Shown: positions 11,610 through 24,199 of the stretch, piece after piece | Numbering within the stretch: position 1 is the first letter of the stretch | Layout: each line of letters opens with the position of its first letter | Assembly: GCF_030144855.1 (NCBI RefSeq) | Contig: NC_082710.1 | Coordinates: 153,264,001-153,328,000 of the forward strand | DNA: 64,000 nt | Reading direction: 5' to 3' | Origin: Hypanus sabinus | Taxonomy: Eukaryota | Notes under the pieces: generated by a model | The model's input: the letters and a program-made list of their open reading frames with translations, nothing else | Databases searched by the model: none | Told to the model about the DNA's origin: nothing | Position numbers and translations under genes: made by a program

Positions 11610-13490
11610 CAGCTAGTGGAGTGTTGTCACAGCAACAGCCTAGCACTCAACGTGTCATGGTCTGGTCTGTGAAATCTGCATTCCGATTCCCAGTCCGATC
11701 CATGTTCCTTATTCCAGGTTTTCTGTTTCCCCCCAGTTTCTGTTGAGGCAGCTGATTCTTGTTTGGGCTGGCTTCATAAATAGCGTCAGGATTCAGCCAC
11801 TGGCTGCTGGATTGTTCCTGTCTAAGCCCCCTGTCTGTATCCCTTCCCTTCACCCTCCTCCTGGAGCCTCACCTCACCTTGCCTTGCCTTGCCTGGAGCC
11901 TTCCCTCCCCTTGCCTTTGCCTGGAGCCTTGCATTCACTGCTGTCAAGTTCTACCACTGGTGCAAGAGAAAGAACTGTCTTTTGTTGTTCTGAACTGTTT
12001 CTGTATCCACGCCTTCTCTAGGTAGGTCTGGCTGTTTGCTGCTACCTTGTGTTGGGAACTGTCTCGTCATATTCTGCATGTTGTGTAATGAGTCCTGGTC
12101 CTTTGTCCTGTTTCCAAGGAAGGATCCCACCTCTGTGTTCCATGTTTCTGTCTCCCCCTCAACCTAGGCTCTGCGTTCCTGTCTCTTCCTCAACAAAGTC
12201 AAGGCTTCAGGGTCTCATCCAGTCCTAGCCATGTCCAAGAACCTTGTCCTGTCCAAGCCATGGCTTTGTGTTCTCATCTTGTCTGTGTGCCTTGCCCAGC
12301 TCAGGAGTACCTTCCCAGCCCAGTGCTGGGGTTCCCTCATCCTGTAATGGGGTTCACTTGTCCTGTCCAGGGGTCTCACGTCCAGTCCTGTTCCCTCTCC
12401 TCATCCTGTAGCCTTATCATGTCCTCGCCTAGTTCTGGAGTCCAAGCCCGAGTCAAGACCCAGGTTCTGGGTCCTTGTCCAGTCTCTGGCTCGGAGTCCA
12501 AGCCCAGGCGCCTACTTCCCAGTTCCATGTCCTGCTTCCGCTATCCTAGTCAAGTCCTAGCCCAGGCCTGGAATCCTTGTCTCATCCAGGGCCTGTGTCA
12601 TGTCCAGCGTCCTTTCTTCCTTGCTTCCTTCTCATGCCTAGACCTGTTCCTGGTAGTTCAGTGTCTGTGTCTTGCATTTGGGTCCGCTCCCAATGCCCCC
12701 ATTATGATACAACGTCAGTAAGACAAAAGAGCTGATTGTAGACTTCAAGCAGAGTAAGAAGAAGGAACACATACCAATCCTCATAGAAGGATTGGAAGTG
12801 GAGAGAGTGAGCAGTTTCAAGTTCCTGGGTGTCAAGATCTCTGAGAATCTAACCTGGTCCCAACATATCGATGCAGCAACAGAGGAAAAGACAGCAACTA
12901 TACTTCATTAGGAGTTTAAAGAGATTCGGTATGTCAATAAAAACACTGAAAAACCTCTATAGATGTACCCTGGAGAGCATTCTGACAGGTCTCATCATTG
13001 TCTGGTATGGAGTGGAGAAGGTACTGCACAGGACTGAAAGAAGCTGCAGAGGGTAGTAAATTTAGTTGGCTCCATCTTGGGTACTAGCCTACAAAGTACA
13101 AAGTACCCAGGACATATTCAGGGAGTGGTTTCTCAGAAAGGCAGCGTTCATTATTAAGAACCTCCAGCACCCAGGCCTGCCCTTTTCTCACTGTTACCAT
13201 CAGGTAGGAGGTACAAAAGCCTGAAGGCACACACTCAGCGATTCAGGAACAGCTTCTTCCCCTCTGCCATCTGATTCCTAAAATGTCATTGACCCCATGA
13301 ACACTACCGCACTTTTTTTTAATATACAGTATGTTATTTCTGTTTTTGAATAATGTTTAATCTATTAATTTACTATAATTTATTATTTTTTTTCTCTCTC
13401 TGCTAGATTATTTATTTCATTGAACTGCTGCTGCTAAGTTACCAAATTTCACGACACATGCCGGTGATAATAAACCCAGTTCTGAAACCA
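11610..13490 (+). mobile_element. Rex1/Babar-type LINE 3' fragment interrupted by a solo LTR
   Basis: ctagcactcaacg / tcagtaagacaaaagagc joins across 11653-12709; ORF 12871-13056 LYRCTLESILTGLIIVWYG. Confidence 0.8.
11653..12709 (+). mobile_element. Solo LTR, about 1.06 kb, gypsy-like
   Basis: TGTCAT...ATGATA termini (terminal CA apparently mutated), 5-bp TSD CAACG at 11648-11652 and 12710-12714, TATA-like ttcataaata, internal short tandem repeats. Confidence 0.75.
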
Positions 13491-13619
13491 GGATTGCGGT
13501 GTGATAGGGAAAGGGTGGGGAAACTGGGCTCCAGTATGTTGGAGAGAAGGCGCAAACTGTGGTCCCCAGTATGTGAGAGGGAGTGTGGAAACTGGGAATG
13601 AATAGCCAATTCCTGCTTT

Positions 13620-14230
13620 TTTTCATAACCTTGTAGAATTATACAGCACAGAACCAACTCTTCAATGCCCAGCGTAAATCCTGTCTAATTAATCTTATTT
13701 GGCTGCATTTGGCCATAAAACTTTCTGATCCATGCTCCTATCTTTTTGAAGTTGCACCTGTACCCAACTCTAGCAGTTTCACTGACAACTCGTTCTGTAT
13801 CCCCATCACTCTGTGGGGAAAAATGCTCCTAAAGTCCTCTTAAGATTTGTCCTCTTTCTTCTTAAACCCATGTCTTCTAGTTTTAGACTTACCTATCCCT
13901 GGGGTAAAAAAAACTGTAACTATTCCCTTTATCTATGTCCTTCATCATTTTATACATCCCTATAAGGCCACCTCTCGGCCTTCAGTTCCAGGGAAACCGT
14001 CTCCGCTTATCTGGTATCTATAACTCAAGTCCTCCAGTACATCTAACGTTCTTGTTTATGCGTGCTCTTTAACTTGATGCAGTACTGCGCACAACACTCT
14101 GTGGTCTAGCCAACATTTTGTACAATTCTAATCTGACTTCCCAATTCTTGCACTCAGTGCAGCAGCCAATGAAGTCCAGCGCGCCATCCACCTTTCTCAC
14201 TGCCTGTCTCAGTGCTTCCTTACTTCACCG
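13620..14230 (-). mobile_element. CR1 LINE 3' fragment
   Basis: Reverse complement of CR1 3' coding end and tail (agaattatacagcacagaa). Confidence 0.6.
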
Positions 14231-14649
14231 TGCCAGAACTCGTTGACTATCTGCTATTTGTGGTGGAGAGGAGCAAATGCTCAGTGCAACACGTGACCAT
14301 GTCATTTAGGTTAAAGGGAAAAATATGTATTCATTGAACGACTTACTTATCAAAGGATCAAATACAATGACACTCTTTTCAAAATTTGGGAAGCCTTACA
14401 GAGCAGATTCACCTGAGATGGAGCATTTCAGTTATGAGGGGAGGCTGGGATTGCATTTCTTGGGGTGGGGGAGGCTAAGGTAGGAACAAATAGACAAAAT
14501 CATGAAGATTAAATACTGGGAAACTTTGTTCCATGGCAGATGTACCTATGATGGGTTTAGGGTGAGGCTGGAGGTTTAGAGGGAAGCTGAAGACTTTTTT
14601 CCTTCAAAGGGTGATTGGACTCTGGAATGCACTGACTGAGAGGCTGGTG

Positions 14650-16170
14650 AAAGTTAAAGGTAAATTTATTATCAAAGTATATCTATATCTATATCTATCC
14701 ATAAAAAACACAGAACACCCAAGAACCATTGTAGAATCAATGAAAGACTGCACCCAACAGGGCGGACAATCAACCAATGTGCAAAAGACAATTAACTGCA
14801 AATATAATAGATATAGTATAATAAATAAACAATAATTATCAAGAACATGAGACGAAGAGTCTTAGAAAGTGAATCCATAGGGTGCAGAAACTGCTCAGTG
14901 ATGGAGCAAGTGAAGTTGTACCCTTTGTTTGAGGTACCTGATGATTGAGGGGTAGTAACTGTTCCTAAACCTAGTAGTGTGAGTCCTGAGGTTCATGTAT
15001 CTTCTTCCTGATGGCAGCAGTGAGAAGAGAACATGATCGAGATGGTGGGAGTTCCAGATGATGGATGCTGCTTTCCTAAGTCAGTGCTCTGTACAGGTGC
15101 GCTCAATGATGGGAAGTGCTTTACCTGTGATGGACTTGGCTGTATCCACTACTTTTTGTAGGACCTTCTGTTCAAGGGCATTGATGTTTCCATAATGGGC
15201 TGTGATGCAACCAGTCTATACACTCCACCACACATCAATACACATTTGTCAAAGTATTAAATGTCATGCTGAATCTTTGCAAACTTCAAAGGAAGCAAAC
15301 TTTCTTCATAATTGCACTTGCATACTGGGCCCAGGAGAGGTCCTCTAAAGAAGGAAGTTAAAGTTGCTGACCATCTCCATCATTGATTCCCCAATCAGAC
15401 TGGTTCATTGACCTCCAGTTTCCTCCTCCTTAAGTGAATAATCAGCTTCATAGGCTTGCTGGCATTGAGTGAAAGGTGGTTATTGTGGAACCATTCAGCC
15501 AGATTTTCCATCTCCCTCCTATATACTGATTCGTCACCACCTTTGATTTGGCCAGTGACAGTGGTTTCATCAACAAACTTGAATATGGCATTGGAGCTGT
15601 GCTTAGCCTCACCATTTATCTCATCATTTATATAAAACAAGTAGGGTAGGGGTCTAAGCACACAGCCTTGTGCTGATGGAGATTATGGAGGAGATGTTGT
15701 TGCCAATATGAACTGAATGGCATCTGCAAGTGAACAAATCGAGGAAACAATTGCACAAGGAAGACTTGATGTCAAGGTTTTGAAGCTTAGAGATTTTTTG
15801 TTGGGATGATAGTATTAAATACTGAACTGTAGTTGATAAAGAACATCTGTGGTGTATGAGTCTTTGCTGTCCAGATGTCCTGGTGTTGAGAGAAGAGCCA
15901 ATGAAATGGCATATGTTGTGGACCTGTTGTGCCAGTAGGCAAATTGGAGCAGATCAAAGTCCCTTTTCAGACAGGAGTTTACGTTTCATCACCAACTTCT
16001 TCATAGTGGATGTAAGTGCTACTAGACAATGATCATTGACGTTGGTTACCATTTCCCTGTTAGGCACTGGTATGATTGAGGCCTGTTTGAAGCAGATGGA
16101 TACCTCATTGTCGAAGCAAGAGGTTAAAGATTTTGGTGAACACTCCAGCCAATTGATCAGTGCAAATCTT
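14650..16170 (-). mobile_element. Rex1/Babar-type LINE fragment
   Basis: ORF 15395-15661 AIFKFVDETTVTG..NLAEWFHNNHLSLNASK. Confidence 0.75.
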
Positions 16171-17179
16171 TACAACTGACTAGGCACTAGGCTGTGGAGG
16201 GCCACAGCCCCGTGTGTTCGAGGGGGAGTGGGTGGGGGCCTCAGCCCCATGTGCTCAAGGGGGAGTGGGGGGGTCCAGAACCCCGTGTGTTGAAGGGGAT
16301 GTCATTGGGAGGCAATGGTAGGTAAATGATAAGTAGTGGTAGACAGAAAAAAGTGGCAGATGGAGTGAGGTCTGGGGAGTGGAAGTTGAAGAAAACTGCA
16401 GGAGATAGATAAGTAAAGATGCCACTCAACCTGCAGGGTTCCTCCAACGGATTGTTTGTTGCCCCAGATTTTTGCATCTGTAGCTTCTTGTGTCTCTACC
16501 ATCAGCACTGATCTTGTCCAGGTCTCATCTCTGCTTCTGTGCCATTCCTCAATTCACTATGTCTGTATTCACTAGAGGACTGTGTTCATTACGGGTTTGT
16601 ACTCATCAGAAGTCTGAATTTACTAGATTACTGTCATGAAGACTGCCTTCACTGGAGGTCTGTGGCATCAATTTCCCTCTCTTTCAAAACTCTACTGATG
16701 TCAATGTTGTAATGTTTGTAATATCCTGTATCCTGTTTGTCTTATTTGCAGTACGCTGCTAAAGTAAGTAATTTTCATGGCATTTGTACCCTGGTATGCA
16801 GGCATATGGCAATAAACTAACCTCCCCTTTGTTACCCCCCCCCCCCCCCCACCCCCGTGATCCAGCCTCTATAAATCCCCCTGGATGGAGAATTCACCAC
16901 CCACTGTGAAAGAGTTAATTACTTTCCCACCTTTCAGACTCCCACTAGGGGAACCATCTCAATATCTACCCTCTCATGCACTCATCATCATACATGTCTC
17001 AAAAATATAACCCCTCATTCTTCATTTGGAATGTGATGATTCCAAAATGTGTGCAATTTTCTGGTCTTTGTTTGGAGACTCTATTTGTTTTAGAGGGCAC
17101 TTCTTTAGTCATAGCTTGGAAACCGGATCCGTCCCGAGCACCAAGCACCCATGAACATTTAGCTGCAGATCCACCACTG

Positions 17180-17560
17180 CTGCCCTAAAACCACCAATGC
17201 TCCGGTTCCCTGCAGCTGGGACATTCGCCCAGCAATGCAGCAAGCCTCAGTTCAGACTGCAGGCGCCACCGAGATCTGCTGGGTGATTGACAACTCGGGC
17301 GCAGGCTGAACAGGATTGGCTGTTTGATCTGCCAATCAGTTAACAACCGCCCATTTGCAGCGGCAGCGGCCTCCTTTCGTTCCAGAGCCAGCAGCCGAAA
17401 TGAGCGGAGCGGAGACGGTGAGGCTGAGGCTGAGATGGGGGAGGGAAGGAATGGTCGGATGCATGGACCGGAGCGGTGTGGGGACATGGTTGGAGCCGCT
17501 ATTGTTGCTCTTACGCGAAAGGGTCGGAACTGTGAGATATACCGGGCAGAATGAATGTGA
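17180..17560 (+). promoter_or_regulatory. CpG-island promoter
   Basis: High CpG density; GATTGG-N12-CCAATC at 17314-17337; TGATTGAC at 17284; followed by ATG and a splice donor. Confidence 0.7.
17400..17417 (+). CDS. Candidate first coding exon MSGAET (phase-0 donor); may belong to the downstream zinc-finger gene
   Basis: gaaATGAGCGGAGCGGAGACG|GTGAGG inside the CpG island; linkage to the exon near 28.0 kb is inference. Confidence 0.4.
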
Positions 17561-17679
17561 TATCTGGAAGTCGATGCATTTTCTTTATTTGCAAACTGGT
17601 AGATTGATGGAGGTTGTTGATTAGGCAGGAACAGGTGTGATGTGTTATCTGTTGACAGTGCAGAGCACCTTAGGTAAAT

Positions 17680-18400
17680 GCACCTCGATCAAGCCATCTC
17701 TCATCCTCCTCTCCAAAGAGAAAATCAATCTAGCTTGCTCAACCTTTCCTCGTAAGGCACGTTCTCTAATCCAGGCAGCATCCTGGAAAATCTCCTCAGC
17801 ACCCTCTTAAAAGATTCACATCCTTCCGATAATGAGGGAACCAGAATTGAACACAATATTCCAAATGAGGTTTTATAGAGCTGCAACATTCCCTCATGAC
17901 TTCAACTCAATCCCCTGACTACACATGCTTAACCACCCTAGCAACTTGCACAGCAACTTTGAGGGATCTATATAGATGTTGTCCCAAGATTTTTAAAAAT
18001 CAAAATAGATTTTTATTCAAAAATAAAATTATGTACAATAAACCATTCAATGACTGTCAGTACTTTACAAATGTTTCCATTACAGTCTTTACATTCCCAC
18101 ACATTTGCCACCCAGGTGGCACTCTGTTACTTCATATTTACATACACTTGTTCAGGGTTATACAGTGGGATCTTGGGATGTTGTCCCAAGATCCCACTGT
18201 TACTTCACACTGCTGAGAATACTGGCATTAATCTTGTACTCTTTCTTCACTTGGATCTTCCAAAGTGTATCACTTCACACTTGCCCAGATTGAACTCCAT
18301 CTGCTGCTTATCAGCCCAGCTCTGTATCTTTTGAGTGTCCCACTGTATCCTATGACAAGCTTCCACACTATCCACAACGCCATCAAACTTCAGTTGGAGA
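17680..18400 (-). mobile_element. CR1 LINE fragment interrupted by a short Tx1/L1-type insertion
   Basis: Reverse-complement CR1 sequence joins across 17991-18176. Confidence 0.65.
17991..18176 (-). mobile_element. 5'-truncated non-LTR (Tx1/L1-like) 3' end with 16-bp TSD
   Basis: TSD GATGTTGTCCCAAGAT at 17975-17990 and 18177-18192; minus-strand AATAAA and short A tail. Confidence 0.7.
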
Positions 18401-19514
18401 ATGAGATACGAGTAATGTAAATGGGTGACTAATAGTCGTCATGGAATTTAGGGGCTGAAGGGCCTGTTACTTTGCTGTTTTCCATTCAGTATAGGTGCAA
18501 TGTTTTCAATGATTTTCTGATATATTTGTGAAATATTTTGAAGCTAATGTGGGCTGACCTGGGTGTGCGGTTTTTAACTTTACAAGGTTGCAGAGTTAAC
18601 ACATTGTGTTAATCATAGCCCAGAGACAGTGAATGGCATGTGCCAAAGATCAGTAACAGCAAACTATTTCCCAGTTCCCACTAACTTGGAGGGGTTGTCA
18701 ATTAGACATTACTGCCTTCCCCAATCTAGGGCTGGGCTTTAACTCGTGGTCACAAGCATGCAGACAAAGGGTGGACATACCTGGGACCTGAAGCTCCCAT
18801 ATGAGATAGGCAGCTAAAGGAAGAGTGTCAGGAATCTAAAAATAGGGTATAGCAGAGATGGGTATGGATCTTACTGGGAGTGGAGGGCTTGAGTTATAAG
18901 GAAAGGCTGGGATTGCTTTCCCAGGAGTGTACAGGGCTGAGGGTGAGCTTCTAGAGGTCCATAAAATAATGAACATAGATAAAGTGAATGGCCACAGTCT
19001 GTTTTCCTATCGTGAGGGAATCTGAGATGAGAGGTCATGGTGTGGAGAAAGATTTTGAAAGGGTCTGAGGGGACAGCTTTTCACACAGATTGATGAGGAT
19101 ATATGGAACAAACTGCCAGAGGAAGCTGTAGAGGTAGGAACAGTTACTATGTTCAATAGATAGGCACATGGATGGAAAAGATGTAGAAGGACATGGAACT
19201 AGCATCTTGGTTGGAATGGATGAGTTGGGCTAAAAGGGCCAATCTCCATGCTATATAGCTCTGAGGCACTAGAATTATTAGCTGTCTGTGTACAGGCACT
19301 GGGTGTTGAATGGAAGATTTTCAAACTACTGTTAATTAGATTTTTCTCATGGAGGTGGAGTGTGCTTTATGTGTAGATGATGGACACAGGTCATGGGAGC
19401 ATCGAAGGAAGCCATGTACAGGCCCCAGTAAGCTATGGAAAATTTCAACTCCACAAGCAAACAGATCCTTTGCCTTTCTTTGTGAGGTTCAGTTTCATCC
19501 AGAATGGAAGCTGC

Positions 19515-19710
19515 AGCAAATGGTTGGCACAATGGCAGAGCACTTGAACCACTTCCTCACAGCATCAGAGAACCAAGTTCAATTCTAACCTCAGGTGTTG
19601 TCTATGTGGAGGTTGCACATTTTCTGTATGACTGTGTGAGCTAGTAGGTTATAATTGCCCTGTGAGTAGGTGGTAATATGGGGAGAATAAAATTAATTAG
19701 AGTAAATAGG
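19515..19710 (+). mobile_element. tRNA-headed SINE, degenerate (relatives at about 20210-20470 +, 24228-24400 +, 30730-30990 +, 36540-36790 -, 42520-42730 -, 44390-44670 +)
   Basis: A-box/B-box-like head (ggcacaatggcagag..ccaagttcaattc) followed by a shared ggtttcctcccacatcccaaagac-type body in related copies. Confidence 0.6.
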
Positions 19711-21559
19711 TGTTTATATCAGTAAATAGCCAGCGCAGGCTTGGGAGGCAAAAGGCAGTTTCCATGTTGTGGAGACAAACAATACTGCAGATGCTGGAAT
19801 CTGGGGAACAATCTGCTGGAAGAACACTGTAGATCAAGCAGCATCTGCGAGAGGAAAGGATTGAGTTCTGATGCAAGGTTTTGACCTGAAAGCTCAACAT
19901 TTCCTTTCTTTCTGCAGATACCGCTCAACCCACTGAGTTCTTCCAGCAGATCGAGCCATTTCCATGTTGTATCTCTCTGCCTTAATCACAGTTGTGGAGG
20001 TTTCAGGTTGAAAATGCAACACTGCAAATTTGTAAAGTCTTGTTTGTATATTCAAGACAAGGCTTTTTAGATCTCTGACCAGTTTCATGATCATAGGATA
20101 GTATTTCTCAACTTGCAGGCAGGCTGGAGTGAGTGTGGATCACACTGGTTTACATTGCAGTTGCCCTTGTAAACAGCCTGCTTTTCCCCCCCCCCCCAAA
20201 GTAGCAAATATTTTTTCAACACCAGTGACTGGAAGATCAGAGTTCAATTCGTACTGCTGTCTGAAAGAAATTTGTACCTTGTCCCTGTGACTGCATCTCT
20301 TCAGTTTCCTTTCATATTCCCAAAGGCATAATGGGTCGGGTTAATAAATTGTGAGCATGCTCCGTTACTGCTGGAGGCAATGGTGACACTTGCAGGCTGC
20401 ACCCGGTATATTTTCAAGTTATGATGGTAGTTGATGCAAATTGTATGTTTTGATGTGTATGTGACAAACAAAGCAAATCTCATAATTCAAATCATTAACT
20501 GTAGCCAATGATCTAAAGATTATTAATTCACTTTATTTGGGTAGATGAACTGAGAGCATACTGAATATTGTGAGAGTTCTGGTCACCATGCTATAAAAAA
20601 GATGCCATTCAGCTGAAAAGGGTGGAGTTACATGAATTGGGTTATTTCCCCTGGAACTCAGAGGCTGATGGATGACCTTTTAGAGGCTGACAATATCATC
20701 AGGGGCGTAGTCTTTTTCTCAAAGTAGGGGAATCTAAAACCAGAGGGCACAGTTTAAATATGAAAGGAGACAAATTTAATGGGGGCCTGAGGGGCAACCC
20801 TTTCACGCAGATGTTGGTGCCTATATGGAATGTCCTGCTAGAGGGAAGGTGAGTGCAGCTGTAATACTTAAAACTCATTTGGATAGGTACATCGATAAGA
20901 AAAGTTTAGAGGATTATGAGCCAAGTGCAGGCAAATATAGCTCAGGTGGATCAGCATGTATCAGTTGGGCGAAAGGGCCTTTTTCCATGTTGTCTAACTC
21001 TCCATGGACAGAATATTAAGTACATATTTGGCACATTTAGTAAGTAGTTGGGTGATTTTACAGCTTAGTGCTGGAGTGCAGAACTAATAGTTATTTCGAA
21101 CTTAAATGATTTGGAAATTAAACTTTGTGGAAGGTGCCTTCTTGGTTAGTGTAATTATCGTGACTGTAATATCTATGACAATATTAAGTCTTTCTTGAAC
21201 AATTAAGTTTTTCTTGGGTGATATGATCAGTATGAGATGAAGAAATACACATACAGTTTGGAAAATGATTCCAGGTGATGGAGCTGAGTAAGATACAATT
21301 ATGTAAATCTTCCAAAAATCATTCAACATTGCAAAGCAGGTTAATAAAACATCAGTATTACATCATGTGGTTAATTTCTCACAGAGAGGGTGCTAAACAT
21401 GGTTAATCCACAATTAAGAGTACTGTTATGTTGTTGTAACCATGACAAATGCTCTAAACACTCAAGGAGTCAGAACACTCGAGACTGCAGATGTTGGAAT
21501 TTGGAGCAATAAACAACCTGCTGGAGGAACTCAGCAGATCAAGCAGCTCTTGGGCTGTA

Positions 21560-23170
21560 TTCCCTGGAGTTCAGGCAAATGAGGGGGGGGGGGGGGAATC
21601 TCATAGAAACATTCCAAATGTTAAAATGCCTGAATAGATTAGATATGGCAAAGTTTTTTCCCATGGTAGGGGAATCTAGGACAAGAGGGCATGACTTCAG
21701 GATTGAAGGATGTCCATTTAGAACAGAGATGCAGAGAAATTACTTTAGTCAGCAGGTGGTAAATCTAAGGAATTTGCTGCCACAAGCGGCTGTGGAGGCC
21801 AAGTCATTGGTTGTATTTAAAGCAGAGATAGTGGAGGGATGGAGGAGGAACAACTGTTGACATTTTGAGTCAAAAAACTGCTTCAGGACTGGGAGTAGTG
21901 GCATTACAGAGGGGAGAGGTGAGACAAAGGACAATGTTCAGAGGTGATTGGAGGAGTGGGTTGGATGATGGACAGTTTGAGCCAAGTTTTGGAGGAGGAG
22001 TGAAGTTGGAAGCTTTTGATAAAGTCTTACATAGGAGATTAGTGGGCAAAATTAGGGCACATGGTATTGGGGGCAGAGTACTGACATGAATTGAAAATTG
22101 GCTGGCTGACAGGAAACAAAGAGTAGTGATTAACAGGTCCCTTTCGGAATGGCAGGCTGTGACCAGTGGGGTACCGCAAATTTTGGTGCTGGGACCGAAG
22201 CTGTTTACAATATACATTAATGATTTAGATGAAGGGATTAAAAGTAACATTAGCAAATTTGCTGATGACGCAAAGCTGGGTGGCAGTGTGAAATGTCAGG
22301 AGGATGTTATGAGAACACAGGGTGACTTGGAAAGGTTGGGTGGTGGGCAAATGTATGGCAGATGCAGTTTAATGTGGATAACTGTGAGGTTATCCACTTT
22401 GGTGACAAGAACAGGAAGGCAGATTACTATCTAAATGGAGTCAAGTTAGGAAAAGGGGAAGTACAATGAGATTTAGGTGTTCTTGTACATCAGTCAATGA
22501 AAGAAAGCATGCAGGTACAGCAGGCAGTGAAGAAAGCTAATGACATGCTGGCTTTTGTAACAAGAGGAATTAAGTATAGGAGTAAAGAGGTCCTTCTGCA
22601 GCTGTACAGGGCCCTGGTGAGACCACACCTGGAGTATTGTGTGCAGTTTTGGTCTCCAAATTTGAGGAAGGACATTCTTGCTATTGAGGGAATGCAATGT
22701 AGGTTCACAAGGTTAATTCCCGGAATGGCAGGACTGTCATACATTGAAAGATTGTAGGGGCTGGGCTTGTATACACTGGAATTTAGAAGGATGAGAGAGG
22801 ATATGATTGAACATATAAGATTATTAAGGAATTGGACTCACTGGAGGCAGGAAGCATGTTCCCGCTGATGGGTGAGTCCAGAACTAGAGGCCACAGTTTA
22901 AGAATAAGGGGTAGGCCATTTAGAACAGAGATGCAGAAAAACTTTTTCACCCAGAGAGTGGTGGATATGCGGAATGCTCTGCCCCAGAAGGCAGTGGAGG
23001 CCAAGTCTCTGGATGCATTCAAGAGAGAGTTAGATAGAGCTCTTATAGATAGCGGGGTCAAGGGATATGGGGAGAGGGCAGGAATGGGGTACTGATTGTG
23101 TATGATCAGCCATGATCGCAGTGAATGTCGGTGCTGGCTAGAAGGGCTGAATGGCCTACTCCTGCACCTA
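21560..23170 (+). mobile_element. CR1 LINE, 3' part of ORF2 (pseudogenised) with tail; a second 3' fragment at 21560-21830
   Basis: ORFs 22126-22434 (GVPQILVLGPKLFTIYINDL..KFADDAKL), 22497-22757, 22832-23095; tail gggctgaatggcctactcctgcacc. Confidence 0.9.
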
Positions 23171-24199
23171 CTGTCTATTGTCTTGACAGAGGCAAGTGGA
23201 TGCTAGATGGAGGCAGACACAAAAAGAGGCAGATGCAGCTGTGAGTGGCAAGAGGCAGGTGAAGATGGAAAAAGAGGTTAGAAGGTGATGAGCAGGAACA
23301 CTAAAGACTACCAGATGAATAACGAAGGCAAGAATGGGGACCATTGGGAGAGCTGAAAGGTGGGTGGAACCAGACCAGATGGGTGAGAGCCAGTGGGTGA
23401 AATATATGGTTAACCCATGCATCAAACTGGGAGGAAATGAACATGGTTGGTAAGGGTGGCAAAGGAAATGAAAATGGGGTGGCTGGAGGAGATTTTAGAA
23501 GGAGGGAGAGCAAAGCAGTGGGAATATAGAAGAAAGGATTACCAGAGATAGGAAAACTCAACATTTGTGCTGTTGGCTTGTTGGCTATTCAAGTGAGGGA
23601 ACACCAGTTGAAAAATGAGGGGACTGATCTGAGCATTCTCTGAGCTGCTACATTAGGCCTGCTTCTCTCTCCACAGGGTGCTGCCTGACCTGCAGAGTGT
23701 TCCCAGCATCAGCAATCTTTTTATTACTTTCAACTTCTGTGTCTAATTGTAATCTCTATATTGTGTACAAAGAGTAAGGTTAACATGGCTGTGAGATTGT
23801 AACTTGACGGAAGATTTTAAACACCGGGGATCTTCAACGCAGGAGTGCATGTGTGAGATGACCAAATCAAAATAGAGTTGTACCATAAAGATCCAAGCCC
23901 TTCAGCTCATCTTGTCCACAGTGACCATCAAATATCCAACTCTACTGTTCTCATCTACCTGCATTTAACCTCTTAAAATGGTAATGAATGGAATGTATCC
24001 GCTTGTCTCAAATCCTTTTCACGAGAAATCAAAAATATTGGTAATTAATATAATCCCAGGTAGGAATAAGGAAAAATGTATGGGCAGAGGATGGAAATCC
24101 CCAGTATAAGCTGATGTGAGGCAGCTTTCTGTACCACTGTGTGAGCCTATGTCACTCATCAAACAAGTAGAAAACAGGCTGCAGAAAGAATTTTATGAT

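Noticed and set aside
11743-12721. ORFs of 92 and 153 aa
   Set aside because: Inside the solo LTR 11653-12709; composition follows the internal repeats
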